Of a DNA stretch of 64,000 bases, positions 23,586 through 40,867 are shown piece by piece (position 1 is the stretch's first letter; each line of letters begins with the position of its first letter). The notes below the pieces were generated by a model that was given only the letters and a program-made list of their open reading frames with translations, did not search any database and had not been told where the DNA came from. The stretch is taken from assembly GCA_964016885.1 (NCBI GenBank), contig OZ024758.1:30070001-30134000 (forward strand), written 5' to 3'. The position numbers were made by a program, and so were the translations under genes. The DNA is from Eledone cirrhosa (Eukaryota).

Positions 23586-25602
23586 ACCAAAATACAATTA
23601 AAATATCATACTCCACCACACCTAACATAGCATACCATATAGCTAGTAGTAATAAAAGGAAGATTAATAATTATTTCCAACTAATTAAAACACATCAGGA
23701 GGTAAACTTAGTACCTGTAAACTTTTAGTAGTAATAATAGTAATAATGATAATAGCACTAATGAAATCAATAACAATACGAATGATAGGCATCATTACCC
23801 TAGTGCTACCCCTAGCAACCAGAATTCTTCACAACATAGGAACCGGCAAGCTAACACCCAGAATAAATGTAACTGTAGAACTAATAGAACTTGCCCCTTA
23901 GGTAATAATTGCTTAACCAAAGACATCATCTACTCATGCACCGACAATGCAAACAACTCTTCTAAAACATATATAGGTTCTACTTTGAACAACTTCAAGA
24001 TGAGATACAACTCACACCTCCACTCTTTCAAGAAACACAATCTAGCCAGCTCCACTTCTTTATCTAGCTACATACACTCTCTGAAAACTAGGAATAGACC
24101 ATTTACACTGCAATAGGAAGTAGTAGGTAGGGCCTCATTGTATAAACCACCGAATAAATTGTGTAATCTCTGCCTTCTAGAGACCCATACTATAATCTTT
24201 TTGAAACTAGACCTCCTGAATAGAAAGTCAGAGACATTTTCCTCGTGCCAACACCGGTACCGACACTCATTCCATAACTTTAAACCTAGCTGTTAGTATA
24301 CAACAATGTCAGATTTGAATTCCCCACCACCATTAACACTACACATCTAGGACTTAGCAGCACCCACAACCACAAACCCCTCAACCAACTCTTTCCGCTA
24401 CACAACTCCTATTCATCTCTAACCTTATGCTCTGCAACAACAGTTAGAATTAAACATAGAGTTACCATCTTGTGATATAACTGCAATAGATAAATTATAT
24501 CTTATACAGTAAGGGATATTTGGCACTTGGTATGTAGAGACATTTAATGTAATATGTGATGATAAACTATGTGTGCATTTGTAATTGTATAATTAAATGC
24601 TTAAATTACACAACATAATAGTAATAATGTATATATACACTTATAATTAAATGTAGAATGTAATAGCATTCTATATTAGGGATTATATTATTGCACATAT
24701 GGCATATCTACTATGACATATTAACAGCTGTATAATCCTTCATAACATATACCTTGTCCAGTGATGAATAGATAACAATCTAAAGAAACCTTTAATGTAT
24801 GATAGTAGAATACATTGTATTTAAAATCAGGCATAAATATACAGGGTTAAATATACAGGGTTATGTAACTGAGATCCAATTGTATCACATTATATTGTGT
24901 ATTAGAACAAAGAATTTAATAACTGAATTGAACTTAATTAGCTAGTTACCTCTCCTTACGCATTATCTCCCCTTATTTACTTCTGGAAATTAACGATTGA
25001 AAATTTAACGGTTGATCAAATATAGTCTATGAATATGAATTCATTAAGACTAATTTACAATCCATTGCTCTAACTAACTTAAAACACTCAATATAAACAT
25101 TAACTGAAACTTAATTCAACATATGTCATGGAAAAGTATGCAAAAACTGTATGTTTCTCAACACACATTAATTCGAACATCATCAACATTCAACATCCAC
25201 CATAGACTCTAATACATTAATATATTTGCTTCAACTGCAGTATTTATTCATCTATATATGCATAATAGCGTTGCTTGTCTCCTTCTCATGTATATGACTT
25301 ACGCAGTCGCACTATCCACACGCCTGCATATGACTTGTTATCGCACTCTTCCTTTCTCAAAACTGCTTCCTCAATGCCTCTTAATATTTGGACTATTCCC
25401 TTGTTTTAACTGTTGCTTTTGATTTTGATTTTAATTTTAATTTCAACTTGAATGTTTGTACAATTATTGTACAATTCTCGTAAAATATATGTCACATCCA
25501 TTCCACCTTGTAAATACGAAACTGTTGCTCACAACATCAATATATATGTATATATATTATTGTTCAGTTGAATAGGAGGTTAATTATATGTGCAAACATT
25601 GT

Positions 25603-25656
25603 TAATGCTCTGATGATTCCAAACGAGAGTTTGGAAGAAACGATTGTCAGCTATTA
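25603..25656 (+). ncRNA. Minimal type I hammerhead ribozyme in the PLE 3' region
   Basis: taatGCT-CTGATGA-TTCCAAAC gaga GTTTGGAA-GAAA-CGATTG-TC-AGCtatta: intact core, 8-bp stem II with a GNRA loop, GUC triplet. Confidence 0.8.
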
Positions 25657-25836
25657 AATGATTTGAACACAACTTTGATAACTATAATTTATTTATTTAA
25701 CTGCTCTGTAAAACAACTGATGTTCATACATTGAGCTATTTCTCTTACTGGTAATAAGGTAATTAAGAAATTACTGACCTTCCTGTTTATAGTTATACTA
25801 TATACATAACTATAAATAGTATTATTATTATTATAC

Positions 25837-25870
<34 letters not shown>

Positions 25871-25875
25871 ATATA

Positions 25876-26199
25876 TAAATGAAAAGTATAGAAATTGTTG
25901 TAGCGAGAAGCTAACAGTATTCCATAACATATATGCGACTATAGCATCAAAATGGGAAAATAGTTAACATAAGATATGGGAAAAATAATTCAGACTCAAT
26001 TCAAAAGGAATCAGGATATAGATTTATCCAAGAGAATTTAGGGAAATCCAGGGAAAAATCAATATAGCCTTAAATCATGATAAAACAAAGTCTAAAGTAC
26101 TCAACCTTCAATTTGGGACAACTTCAAATGCTCTGTATAGTCTTGAAAAGACTTTCACGAAAACTTTCAGTGGAGATGGTCACGGTTGGATTTCGTTCC

Positions 26200-26200
<1 letters not shown>
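25876..26200. repeat. Dispersed ~320-bp element bounded by (TA)n; a second diverged copy lies at 63586-63862
   Basis: Collinear similarity (aaatgaaaa.tatagaaatt..gggaaaaa.caata..tagtctt.aaaagact). Class unknown. Confidence 0.65.
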
Positions 26201-27340
<1,140 letters not shown>

Positions 27341-28109
27341 CATCATCATCATTTTACGTCTGCTTTTCCCTGCTTGCATGTATATATATATATATATATT
27401 GCATGTATCCTTTCCTTTCATTTTACGTCCACTTTTCCCTGCTTGCAAGGGTGGGACGGGAACTGATCCTGGCTTGATTTCTACAGCTGGATGCCCTTCC
27501 TAACACCAACCTCATTTACAGTGAGTGCTGGGTGCTTTTTTGCCGTGGCACCTCCACAACCACTTTGCAGTGGAATGATAGGGACCCTAGTCCTATCATC
27601 TCGTTTCTACAGCTGAGTAAACTGGAGCAATGTGAAATAAAGTGTCTTGCTCAAGGAAACAACACATCACCCGGTCTGAGAATTGAACTCACAACCTTTC
27701 GATTGCAAGGCCAATGCTCTAACCACTAAGCCATGTGCTTCATGTATAACATATTGTTATACTTGGGGAGGGTCATATTTGTGTAATATTGCCAGAATTA
27801 ATAACAGAACACACTCACTGTTTGGTTGGTTTTCGCTTCTCGCTGTCTTTTATATCGGTAATCTAACTTACTCGGTCCTCAATGTTGCCATTGACATGCT
27901 CACCGACATCCAGAGTTGACATTGCACTCAGTGCTCCTGTGGGAGCCCCTGCATGGACACACTGGAAGAGGAAGACTAAGGTTAACGTATGTTGATGCTC
28001 TAAGGACAGACACTGGTCTGTTGGAGACGCAGGACATGACAGCGATAATGAATGACAGAGACCGCTGGAGAGAACTCGTCCATGGATCTCAGGAATTTTA
28101 CCCGCCCTA

Positions 28110-28189
<80 letters not shown>

Positions 28190-28442
28190 ACACACACATA
28201 TATATGTCGATATATATATATATATATATATGAAGAACTGAAGAGCACACACTTCGTCCGTTCCAATGTCGATTCGATTTGGATTGCCTCGGAAACATAG
28301 CCTTGTTGTGTAACAAGCTGTCTGACGATGTCGCGGCACTGGCGCACGGACCAGTGTGGCCGCTGTCGCCATTGAGGTGTGTATCACAGCATTATTATTA
28401 AGGGACTTGAACAGCTGAGACTGCTTCGCTTTTCCTTATTCG

Positions 28443-31197
<2,755 letters not shown>

Positions 31198-31404
31198 TTG
31201 TCTTTGCGTGCAATTGTTCTCCACGCTCCACATATGACGTATTATCTTCGTTTTTTTCGTTCATTGCCAGAGAACGTCTCTATGAACCACCCAATAGAAT
31301 ATTAGTCTACGACTTCTCTTATACCATAAACGCGATTCTTTGCTTAAACAAAATGGCGTAGGATAGAAGAAAGGAAAGGCACAGAAACGAAGAAAGAAAT
31401 CCCC

Positions 31405-31449
31405 AGTCACTGAAGAGGTCACAGAGTGTGTGACGAAAGAACTATGACT
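31405..31449 (+). ncRNA. Minimal type I hammerhead motif, family A (also 32896-32940 -, 33189-33232 +, 33629-33673 -)
   Basis: AGTCA-CTGAAGA-g-GTCACA gagtg TGTGAC-GAAA-GAAC-TA-TGACT. Stem I is AGTCA/TGACT and stem III is very short. Confidence 0.7.
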
Positions 31450-31604
31450 ATATATATATAAACAACTATCTGGTTGTGGAACCAACCAACCAACCAGAAA
31501 TTTATAAATTTGTAAATTTATAAATATATATTAAATTAAATTGAAGTGAAAGCAACTGGTGCGTGTGTTTCTTATTGGCAACATGACCCTCCCAAAGTAT
31601 AACA

Positions 31605-31649
<45 letters not shown>

Positions 31650-31657
31650 CATATATA

Positions 31658-32013
<356 letters not shown>

Positions 32014-32047
32014 TATATATATATATATATATACACATATATATATA

Positions 32048-32087
<40 letters not shown>

Positions 32088-32089
32088 CA

Positions 32090-32123
<34 letters not shown>

Positions 32124-32124
32124 C

Positions 32125-32241
<117 letters not shown>

Positions 32242-32327
32242 CATATATCTTGATGTACATGAATCTTGATGTAGATTTAACCCCCAAAACTCTTTCCGAA
32301 CTATATAAGGAACACTTGTGATTATTT

Positions 32328-32370
32328 ATGCCCTTGAGAAGCCCAACTGGGCGAAACGTACGTAGGTGAT
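32328..32370 (+). ncRNA. Hammerhead-like motif with variant core
   Basis: GCC-CTTGAGAA-GCCC aact GGGC-GAAA-CGTACG-TA-GGT with palindromic stem III and downstream AATAAA. The core deviates from CUGAnGA. Confidence 0.5.
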
Positions 32371-32619
32371 ATTTTAAATAAACATGTTTTAACGGTCTAT
32401 TCTCCGATTTTTACTTTCCCACGTGCTTACGCTCTGCTAACTCTCTAGCCCACTAAATATTAACACTTCGAATATTTATTACTGCCGGCACTAGTATCGA
32501 GCACCTTTGGCATACGCTACTTGGCAAATAACTATATGTATCACCTATCTCTCCTTTTTCTCTCTTTCTCGATACGTAAATACTATATTACATATATATA
32601 TATATACATATATATATAT

Positions 32620-32672
<53 letters not shown>

Positions 32673-32694
32673 TATACGCACACACATATATATT

Positions 32695-33378
32695 CTGAAT
32701 TTGTTTAGCAAGATTCTTTATCTGAAAACGTGTGTTGAAACCGATATTGTTATACTTTGGGAGGGTCATGTGCCAATAAGAAACACACGCACCAGTTGCT
32801 TTCACTTCAATTTATTATAATAAATTTATAAATTTAGGAATTTATAAATTTCCGGTTGGTTGGTTTGTTGCACCACCAGATGATTGTTTATATATTGTCA
32901 AAGTTCTTTCGTCACACATGCTGTGACCTCTTCAGTGACTGAGGATTCTTTTCTTTGTTTTTGTGCCTCTCCTTTGTTCTGTCCTACGCCATCTTGTTTT
33001 TGTGTGTGTTGTGTGCTCAGTTTGCGCATGTGTTACATCCAGGTGTCTGTGTGTGTTTATATTTGTTTATAAACAGACACAGACACCCGGGTGTAACACA
33101 TGCGCAAACTAAGCACACAACACACACAAAAGCAAGATGGCGTATGACAGAACAAAGGAGAGGCACAAAAACAAAGAAAAGAATCCCCAGTCACTGAAGA
33201 GGTCACAGAATGTTTGACGAAAGAACTTTGACAATATATAAACAATCATCTGGTTGTGGAACCAACCAACCAACCGGAAATTTATAAATTCCTAAATTTA
33301 TAAATTTATTATAATAAATTGAAGTGAAAGCTGATGGTGCGTGTGTTTCTTATTGGCAACATGACCCTCCCAAAGTAT

Positions 33379-33385
<7 letters not shown>
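32695..33385. mobile_element. Fold-back (palindromic) HHR element, family A
   Basis: Arms of about 320 bp (32744-33060 and 33068-33385), one HHR per arm, a one-sided ~50-bp extension, and (TA)n flanks. Confidence 0.85.
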
Positions 33386-33424
<39 letters not shown>

Positions 33425-33699
33425 CGTTTCTGAATTTGTTTAGCAAGATTCTTTATCTGAAATCGTGTGTTGAAACCGATATTGTTATACTTTGGGAGAG
33501 TTATGTTGCCAATAAGAAACACACGCACCAGTTGCTTTCACTTCAATTTATTATATATTTATAAATTTATAAATCTATAAATTTCTGGTTGGTTGGTTGG
33601 TTCCACAACCAGATAGTTGTTTATATATAGTCATAGTTCTTTCGTCACACACTCTGTGACCTCTTCAGTGACTGGGGATTCCTTTCTTTGTTTCTGTGC

Positions 33700-33742
<43 letters not shown>

Positions 33743-33749
<7 letters not shown>

Positions 33750-34182
33750 ATACTTGGGGAGGGTCATATTTGTGTAATATTGCCAGAATTAATAACAGAA
33801 CACACTCACTGTTTGGTTGGTTTTCGCTTCTCGCTTCTGTGTCTTTTATATCGGTAATCTAACTTACTCGGTCCTCAATGTTGCCATTGACTGACCGACG
33901 GTCAAAAATAATACAGATACAATATAGACACAAACACATATATATAGTTTATCATAAATCTTTCGTTGCACATCTGCAACATCGTCATTGGAGTTATATT
34001 ATCATCCTGTTGTATTGTATGTCTACGCCATTTTTATTCAGTCTGTCTATATATTTATTTATTTATTTGCTTGTTTGTTTATTTTATTTTGTCTTCTTTG
34101 CGCATGCGTTTGCGTGTGTGTATAGTGTTTTGTTTGCTGTGTGATGGGTGACTAGTGTGTGTTTATGTGCTTGTGTATGTAT

Positions 34183-34213
<31 letters not shown>

Positions 34214-35148
34214 TTTTATTTACTTATTTATACTTCTCTTAGGTCAGTGTTGTTTGTTTGGGTGTTGTTGTTATTCCATTCATTCTTTCTGTTTAGCCTT
34301 GGTCTTCTAATTTCTATTTCACTGGCCTCTCTGATTTGCCTATCTGCTGGGTCATTTCTATGTTTAGATATTATTCTAATTTCTATGTTGTCTATGTTAC
34401 CGTCATGTTGTTGTCTAGCATGTTCGTATAGTATGACAACAACATGACGGTAACATAGACAACATAGAAATTAGAATAATATCTAAACATAGAAATGACC
34501 CAGCAGATAGGCAAATCATAGAGGCCAGTGAAATAGAAATTAGAAGACCAAGGCTAAACAGAAAGAATGAATGGAATAACAACAACACCCAAACAAACAA
34601 CACTGACCTAAGAGAAGTATAAATAAGTAAATAAAATAAATAAATAAATAAATACATACACAAGCACAATAACAACAAGCACATAAACACACACTAGTCA
34701 CCCATCACACAGCAAACAAAACACTATACACACACGCAAACGCATGCGCAAAGAAGACAAAATAAAATAAACAAACAAGCAAATAAATAAATAAATATAT
34801 AGACAGACTGAATAAAAATGGCGTAGACATACAATACAACAGGAGGATAATATAACACCACTGACGATGTTGCAGATGTGCAACGAAAGATGTATGATAA
34901 ACTATATATATGTGTTTGTGTTTATATTGTATCTGTATTATTTTTGACCGTCGGTCAGTCAATGGCAACATTGAGGACCGAGTAAGTTAGATTACCGATA
35001 TAAAAGACACAGAAGCGAGAAGCGAAAACCAACCAAACAGTGAGTGTGTTCTGTTATTAATTCTGGCAATATTACACAAATATGACCCTCCCCAAGTATA
35101 ACAATATTTGTTTCGACACACGATTTCATATAAAAAACCTCGCAAAAC

Positions 35149-35150
<2 letters not shown>
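33743..35150. mobile_element. Fold-back HHR element, family B (single-arm copies at 27750-27895 and 62030-62700)
   Basis: Arms of about 670 bp around a ~20-bp spacer near 34425. HHR CTGACGA-t-GTTGCA gatg TGCAAC-GAAA at 34861-34888. Terminus atgaccctccccaagtataacaata is shared with family A. One-sided extension at 35107-35150. Confidence 0.85.
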
Positions 35151-35181
<31 letters not shown>

Positions 35182-35190
35182 ATATTTATA

Positions 35191-35246
<56 letters not shown>

Positions 35247-35297
35247 TATATATATATATATACACACATATATATATGTATATATATATATATATAT

Positions 35298-35751
35298 ATA
35301 AACGGAAAAAATGAAACGAAATTTCATTTCCCACTCTTAGTACGGCTGTTACTTAAATATAAGTATGTACACGTACATACATATATGTATACAGACGTAC
35401 AGTAGTATGTATATATATATACATACATGCACACACATATATATATGTACGTATGGATTCACCGAACATTTATTATAATGCTCGGTGTGTTTGTAAATAA
35501 ACATCCCGTATTAAGCCGTACAGTGTCTAGTAACCATCGTTGCTCGTTTGTTCAACACTGACAAAGGAACGCTGTACTAGTTTCAAGCTTATTAGCTATC
35601 GTCAGCAACGTATACCTTCCTGCCAGATTGTTGAACGTATATACTTACCTCATGCATATTAACGGCTGAGTAGCTCAATTTACATATCGAGTGGGTTAAT
35701 CGGCCGGGTGCACCGAAAACGATAAACGGAAAAAATGAAACAAAATTTCAT
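35298..35751 (-). mobile_element. Retrozyme-like ~424-bp monomer with terminal direct repeat and HHR
   Basis: ATAAACGGAAAAAATGAAAC(G/A)AAATTTCAT occurs at 35298-35327 and 35722-35751, with one HHR between the copies and (TA)n on both sides. Confidence 0.6.
35569..35611 (-). ncRNA. Minimal type I hammerhead ribozyme
   Basis: ACGTTG-CTGACGA-tAGCT aata AGCTt-GAAA-CTAG-TA-CAGCGT: 6-bp stem I, palindromic stem III, GUA triplet. Confidence 0.8.
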
Positions 35752-35774
35752 ATATATATATATGTATATACAAA

Positions 35775-35828
<54 letters not shown>

Positions 35829-35844
35829 TATATATGTGTATACA

Positions 35845-36032
35845 CGTGGTAAGGAAACAGATGGACCATAACGCACCAAAGTACTCAATACTTAGGGTAG
35901 TAGAGTGGGTAATAGGAACGAGTAGGACCCCGACGGCTGAGGTCAAGCCGTTTCGACGGCTATTTCTGGACTACTCAGAATTAGCCGTCGAAACGGCTTG
36001 AGCTCAGCCGTCGGGGTCCTACTCGTTCCTAT
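35845..36032. mobile_element. Short fold-back element with HHR 3' half, family E (copies at 61754-61978 and 62735-62936)
   Basis: Palindrome ataggaacgagtaggaccccgacggctgag...ctcagccgtcggggtcctactcgttcctat containing GAAA-CGGCT tgagctc AGCCG-TC, plus a one-sided ~70-bp extension and (TA)n flanks. Confidence 0.75.
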
Positions 36033-37576
36033 ATATATATATATATACAAATAAATTATCGAGAATCGGAATCTCGGCCCACGAAATAACGAAACACAAT
36101 CTTCGAAATGCGTGGCAAAGGGCTCAATATATATATATGTGTGTGTGTGTGTGTGACGTAAGAGAGGGCGAGATAGATAGAGACTGTAACCCATTTCCCA
36201 TATCTTGATCTCCCTGTCTGTATATATTGGAATATCCAATATTTTGAAAATAAAAAGGCACGATAGAGGACGTGGGACTCTACTATACAGAAGGTAACAC
36301 ATAGACGGAGTCTTCGTGATTTGAACGCAGTTTATCCTTCATCATAAGTCTGTTTGATCAGTGCTGACATGAGTGTGACGACATCCACCAGCAACAACAA
36401 CAACATCAAACAACTCTATACCATCGGGAGACCGTGTAAATGATTGCTCAATCTGCTATAAATAGCTGCGATATCTTTAACCGTTTTGATATCAATCCAC
36501 CCAAAATTGCCTCCGGTTCCGTCAAACCGACCTCCATTTTATAGAGTTTCTGTTTAAGTTATAATCTTCCAACATAATTTGATATAAGCGCCATTTGTAA
36601 TGCTACAAATATTGTTTTAATGATGAAATAATTAGCAATATTAGTAAATATTTCCTTAATTCTTCGTTAATTGAAAGGCAGAGTATTTAATTAGAAATAT
36701 GCTCACGAAAGAGTTAAAATCCAGCCCCCGTAACCTTTAAGAGGAAAAAAAAAGTAATGTAGTCAGACACTCTTGAAAAAGGGAATAGTCGTGACTGGAA
36801 TGATTTTGATCATAGGACTACTTGATGAGGGCTAACCTGGGAGTTAAACAACAGCGACTAACAACCAACTCCATCATTAGCAGTAATAAGTAGTTATTAC
36901 CACAATTGCTTTGACGATAATAAAAAAGATTAAAGGGAGAAAAAAATGTCAGGCAAGCCCTCCCCTTTCATTTTCCACTTGAAGAAGGGAGACCCCCTCA
37001 GCTTCATCCGCCACTTGAGGAAAAGGAATATATATTCCTTTCAGTAATTCACAGTTAAGTCACTGCGACAAGTAGGATGTGGAGATAGAGTGGTAGAAGT
37101 GAGTGCCCGGGGGGTGGGGGTTGTTGTTGTTGTTGTTGTTTAGCCACGGATTAAACCTGCTGGAGCAAATCTATGACCAGAAGAATTCCAGCCGTGACCA
37201 TCATGTTTATTTCCTCTGTAGCAGAGAAACGCAAAACCAGCACTATATTATCAAATGTCTGTCTCCCACCCAACAGACAATAAATAGAGTGTGATTTGAG
37301 AAGGACTTGGCTACTATTTTTAGCAGGTTGCGGGACCATGTAGAAGCTTGTAGTTGATGAATGAATGTAAGCTCCTTGTGCCCCTTTCCTCCCACTCCTT
37401 CCTGCCATCTTCTCTTCCATGTCTACACTCACTTCACCACCCTCAACAATCTCTCAACTTTCATATCCCTCCTCCCCCCCCCGCTTCTTGCTTGGCTCCG
37501 GGGTATTTTTCTTTAATTGCATTGTTTGATTTATAGACTTCCTCCCACTTTCGCCCCCTCATTTACCCCCTTCGCT

Positions 37577-37626
<50 letters not shown>

Positions 37627-38339
37627 TTCCCCCTCTCTCACTCCATCTCTGTTACATTCTTTGAATCAGCTTTTCTATACTCCTTCATCCATCAATCTAT
37701 CTACACACACACAGATCCAACCAGCCACTCACCCATACACATACATACATATATACACATACATATACACATACATATATACATACATACATTCATACAT
37801 ATGTAAAACATTCTTACGATTCAAAAGATGAACGATTGCACAATGGCCGACAAAAATTTCCTTTTTTTTTATAACCTTCCCACCGGGAAGGTGGCCGATC
37901 AAACATTTTACGCAAAATTAATTGTTTCTACTTTAGGCACAAGGCCAGCAAATACCCAGTACATTACTGGTACTTTATTTTATCGACCCCGTAAGGATGA
38001 AAGGCAAAGTTAACCTCGGCCGCAAAATTAATGGCGACAAATCATACATGGAAAGAATTCTTGAGTACAAATGGATCATCCTGAAACAAGAGTTGAGAGC
38101 TGAGAACCTCTGGGTTCAGGAAGAAGATTAAATAATCAGAAATTCAGTCGAAATCAATTAATAAATATTGCAGAACCTGGGGCCGGTCGTCAGGTGGAAT
38201 AGCACTGCCTCACCTAGTACTTGTCAATGGTGCTTCCTCAAATTTAGATCTACTCCAATAATTGTTAAGTATGAAGCTGAATGTACATTTTGGGCATTGC
38301 CGGATTTACCATTCTGCTTAGGTGTGTTTAAGCACAGGA

Positions 38340-38440
38340 CTTGATGGCAGACGACTTCTCCAAGAGAACATGTTTGTAATTTGTGGTTCCAAACAGCAAT
38401 ATCAGGCCGGTTGTGTTTGAATTTGGTGGCAGTTGTCATT
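38340..38440 (-). mobile_element. Tiny fragment of an RLE-domain LINE
   Basis: KFKHNRPDIAVWNHKLQTCSLGEVVC matches the RPD..(D/E) restriction-like endonuclease motif. Confidence 0.5.
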
Positions 38441-38521
38441 TTTAGGTTTCACCAATGTATATATGCACACATGCATGCATCTGTGTATGTATGTATGTAT
38501 GTATGTATGTATGTATGTATG

Positions 38522-38555
<34 letters not shown>

Positions 38556-39700
38556 TCATCTTAGTTAAGAGAGTGGGACTGGCTTTGTGCAGTGCCTTTG
38601 CTCACTATAAAAGCTTCACGGCACAGGCATTGCTTTATATCTGGAGATCTCTCTGCACTTGTCGTCACATGGTACCATGGGCCCAGCACTATGTGTCAAT
38701 AATTGTCACAAGTGTAGTGTTTGTACCAGAGTTTTCAAGTCGCTGGCTGGACTAAAAAGTCACACTCGTTCAGCGCATCGGTAGGGGTTCTCCTACATGG
38801 ATATAAAGTAGTGGCCGTACTCGAAAACGAGTTGGCAGCCACCATGTATGTATGTGAAGGACCCCTAGCCTTTGTCAGGGCATTTTTCTAGGAGAAGGCA
38901 ACCCAGGAAACTGGGATAACTCCAATATAAGACCTGCGGCTTAGTAGTTACCGATGATGTTGATCTTTTCTTCTTTTCGGGTTATAGCTACTGTCGCTCA
39001 GAGAGTGGGATTGGCTCAGTGCACAGTCTTTCCTCACTTTAAAAAATATCTTCCCACACAGGCATTGCACGATAGAATTAATTAATAATGGTATATCGTG
39101 TAATGGCCATACTCGATAACGAGGGGGCAGCCATCATTATCTATGTATGTAATATTTTTTTTTTGTGTAGAGAGAGACTCCTAGTGGTAAATTAAGACAT
39201 TTCTCTAGGAGAAGGTCACTCTGATATAAAACCTGCGACTTTGTTTGCATGCAATGATGTAGACCAGTTCTTCTTTTTAAGCAAATGCATTCGATGTTCA
39301 GAAAGTGGGATTGGCCCCGTGCAAAGCCTTTCCTCACTTAATAAAAGCTTCGAGCACAGGCATCGCTTGATATGTGACATTGTTTTGCGATGCATGACAT
39401 TGCTGGCCATAGGACTAAAAAGCCGCGTTTGTTATGCTCATGCTTAAGTATCAAGCGATGGCATTACTTGAAATCGAGTTGCAGCCATCATCATCATCAT
39501 CATCATCATCATGTATGTATGTATGTATGTATGTATGTATGTATGTATGTATGTATGTATGTATGTATGTATGTATGTCCAGACGATCAAACCTTATGAA
39601 AACAACAACAACGAAACGGTAAATCTAAACAACAACACACAAACAGCTTCAATGTACGAACACTTTCAAAAGACAACAGTTGCCACATCTATAGTATTAA

Positions 39701-40867
39701 CTAGCAGTGTATCCCGGCGTTGCACGGGTAAGAACATTGGTTATAGCACCTCCAATGAGAAACGTTTATTTGTGAGTGCCTGTTAAAACTCACGAAAATA
39801 TACCGACAGGAAACTTGTTTTATTTGGAGAAAATTAAGAAGTTGAAAGTACAGTTTAGCTGTCCACGTGCATTGTTCATAGAAATATTGTTGAGCCCCTT
39901 TTTTTCATACTCCTCTGTTTTGGCCTTTTGGAGTAAATGTAACAGGTTAAGTTGGCAGAAGGTTCAGGTGTCATAGCAGTAAGGCGTAGGCTACTTACCT
40001 CAAAAGTTCATTCACACTCTTGTCACTAAGTTACTCTTTCTCTCTATCCCTCTCGGTGCAGTCCCTTGCGTATTTCTCGCGTAGGCCTGGTGTAGATTTG
40101 CACCTGATCCATCTGCCCGATGCACATGTCCGCTTTGTACGGCTTTTGGAGGAAGGAGTGACCAGCAGTACGTTGTTCGGTATTATTACGAAAAGGTGTA
40201 GCAGAGAATCCCGCGTGAACTAACAGTCCGGGAGGAAACTGCTTACCTCGAAGATTCATTCGCCATCGTTCTTGTCAACGCTCCGTTTAGTTGGTATTTG
40301 TTGGTCTACAGTTAGATGAATGGCGCACAAAGGGTTAATGTTTATTGGCAAGAAGTGGAAACTGGGCTGGCTTGCCTCGCTAATATTATATATAAAATTA
40401 ACAGATTAAAGTTTAAGCAAAGAATCGCTGCTTTCACCCTTAACGGGATCTTCTGAAACTAAAAAAATCAATCGGTGAACGTAGAAGTAAATATTTCGAA
40501 AAACGTTGCAACGGAAGGAAAACAGGAAGACGATACTTTGGTTCGTGAAGACGTTCCCTGGTAATGAACGGAAAAAAGCGAACGTAATACGTCAGCAATG
40601 ACGTGTTTGTAATAATGTCGTAATGCAGACAGCCAGACATACAGACTGATATTATAAGGGCTCGACGGAGATCGATAACCGGCGCCTAACACCCCTTTAA
40701 CAACAGAAAATTGAAAAATAAAAGCTGCAGTTAATATCTTTAGACCGCAAGGAATATATAAATGCAAGTTTGAAGTCAATCGGAGTAGAAATGTGGATTT
40801 GTATAGACTTTACAAAAATGAGGACACACACACACTCAGACAACATCAGTTTTATACATATAGAAGA
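39701..40867 (-). mobile_element. Non-autonomous Helitron
   Basis: Minus strand reads A|TCTTCTATATGTATAAAA ... CCCGTGCAACGCCGGG hairpin, 8 nt, CTAG|T. This gives a 5' TC, a subterminal hairpin, a CTAG end, an A|T target and no TSD. Confidence 0.75.

Larger units (their letters stand above)
21420..25835 (+). mobile_element. Penelope-like element, Naiad type, decayed; ORF remnant about 21700-24296 with long 3' region carrying an HHR
   Basis: RVRWRTF..YGFKT, ADKSNNIY, LKDHKEDF..NPSIRLI, MGSSDSAQVTDLVGLYLL, degenerate catalytic GGLYHDH, SNHP, IKISYSTTPN, CNCRTNRTCPLGNNCL, IIYSC..YIGST..FKMRYNSH, CNLCLLE..LLNRKSE..CQH. Multiple stops and frameshifts. Ends in (TA)n. The 5' boundary is approximate. 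Confidence 0.9.

Noticed and set aside
23860-24296. Possible selenocysteine recoding, as known for some Naiad PLEs
   Set aside because: Conserved Cys positions use TGT/TGC in both elements, and the visible stops are TAA/TAG decay rather than in-frame TGA at Cys sites.
28230-28440. CTGAAGA and CTGACGA motifs in a TA-flanked insert
   Set aside because: No correctly placed stem II, GAAA and NUH could be built, so it is not counted as a hammerhead.
32695-35150. Palindromes as pure assembly fold-back artefacts
   Set aside because: Arms differ by substitutions and indels, extensions are one-sided, and the same families occur as single arms elsewhere. Read-level confirmation is still desirable.
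35641-35650. ATACTTACCT resembling the U1 snRNA 5' end
   Set aside because: The sequence does not continue as U1; it is better read as a donor-like motif on the minus strand.
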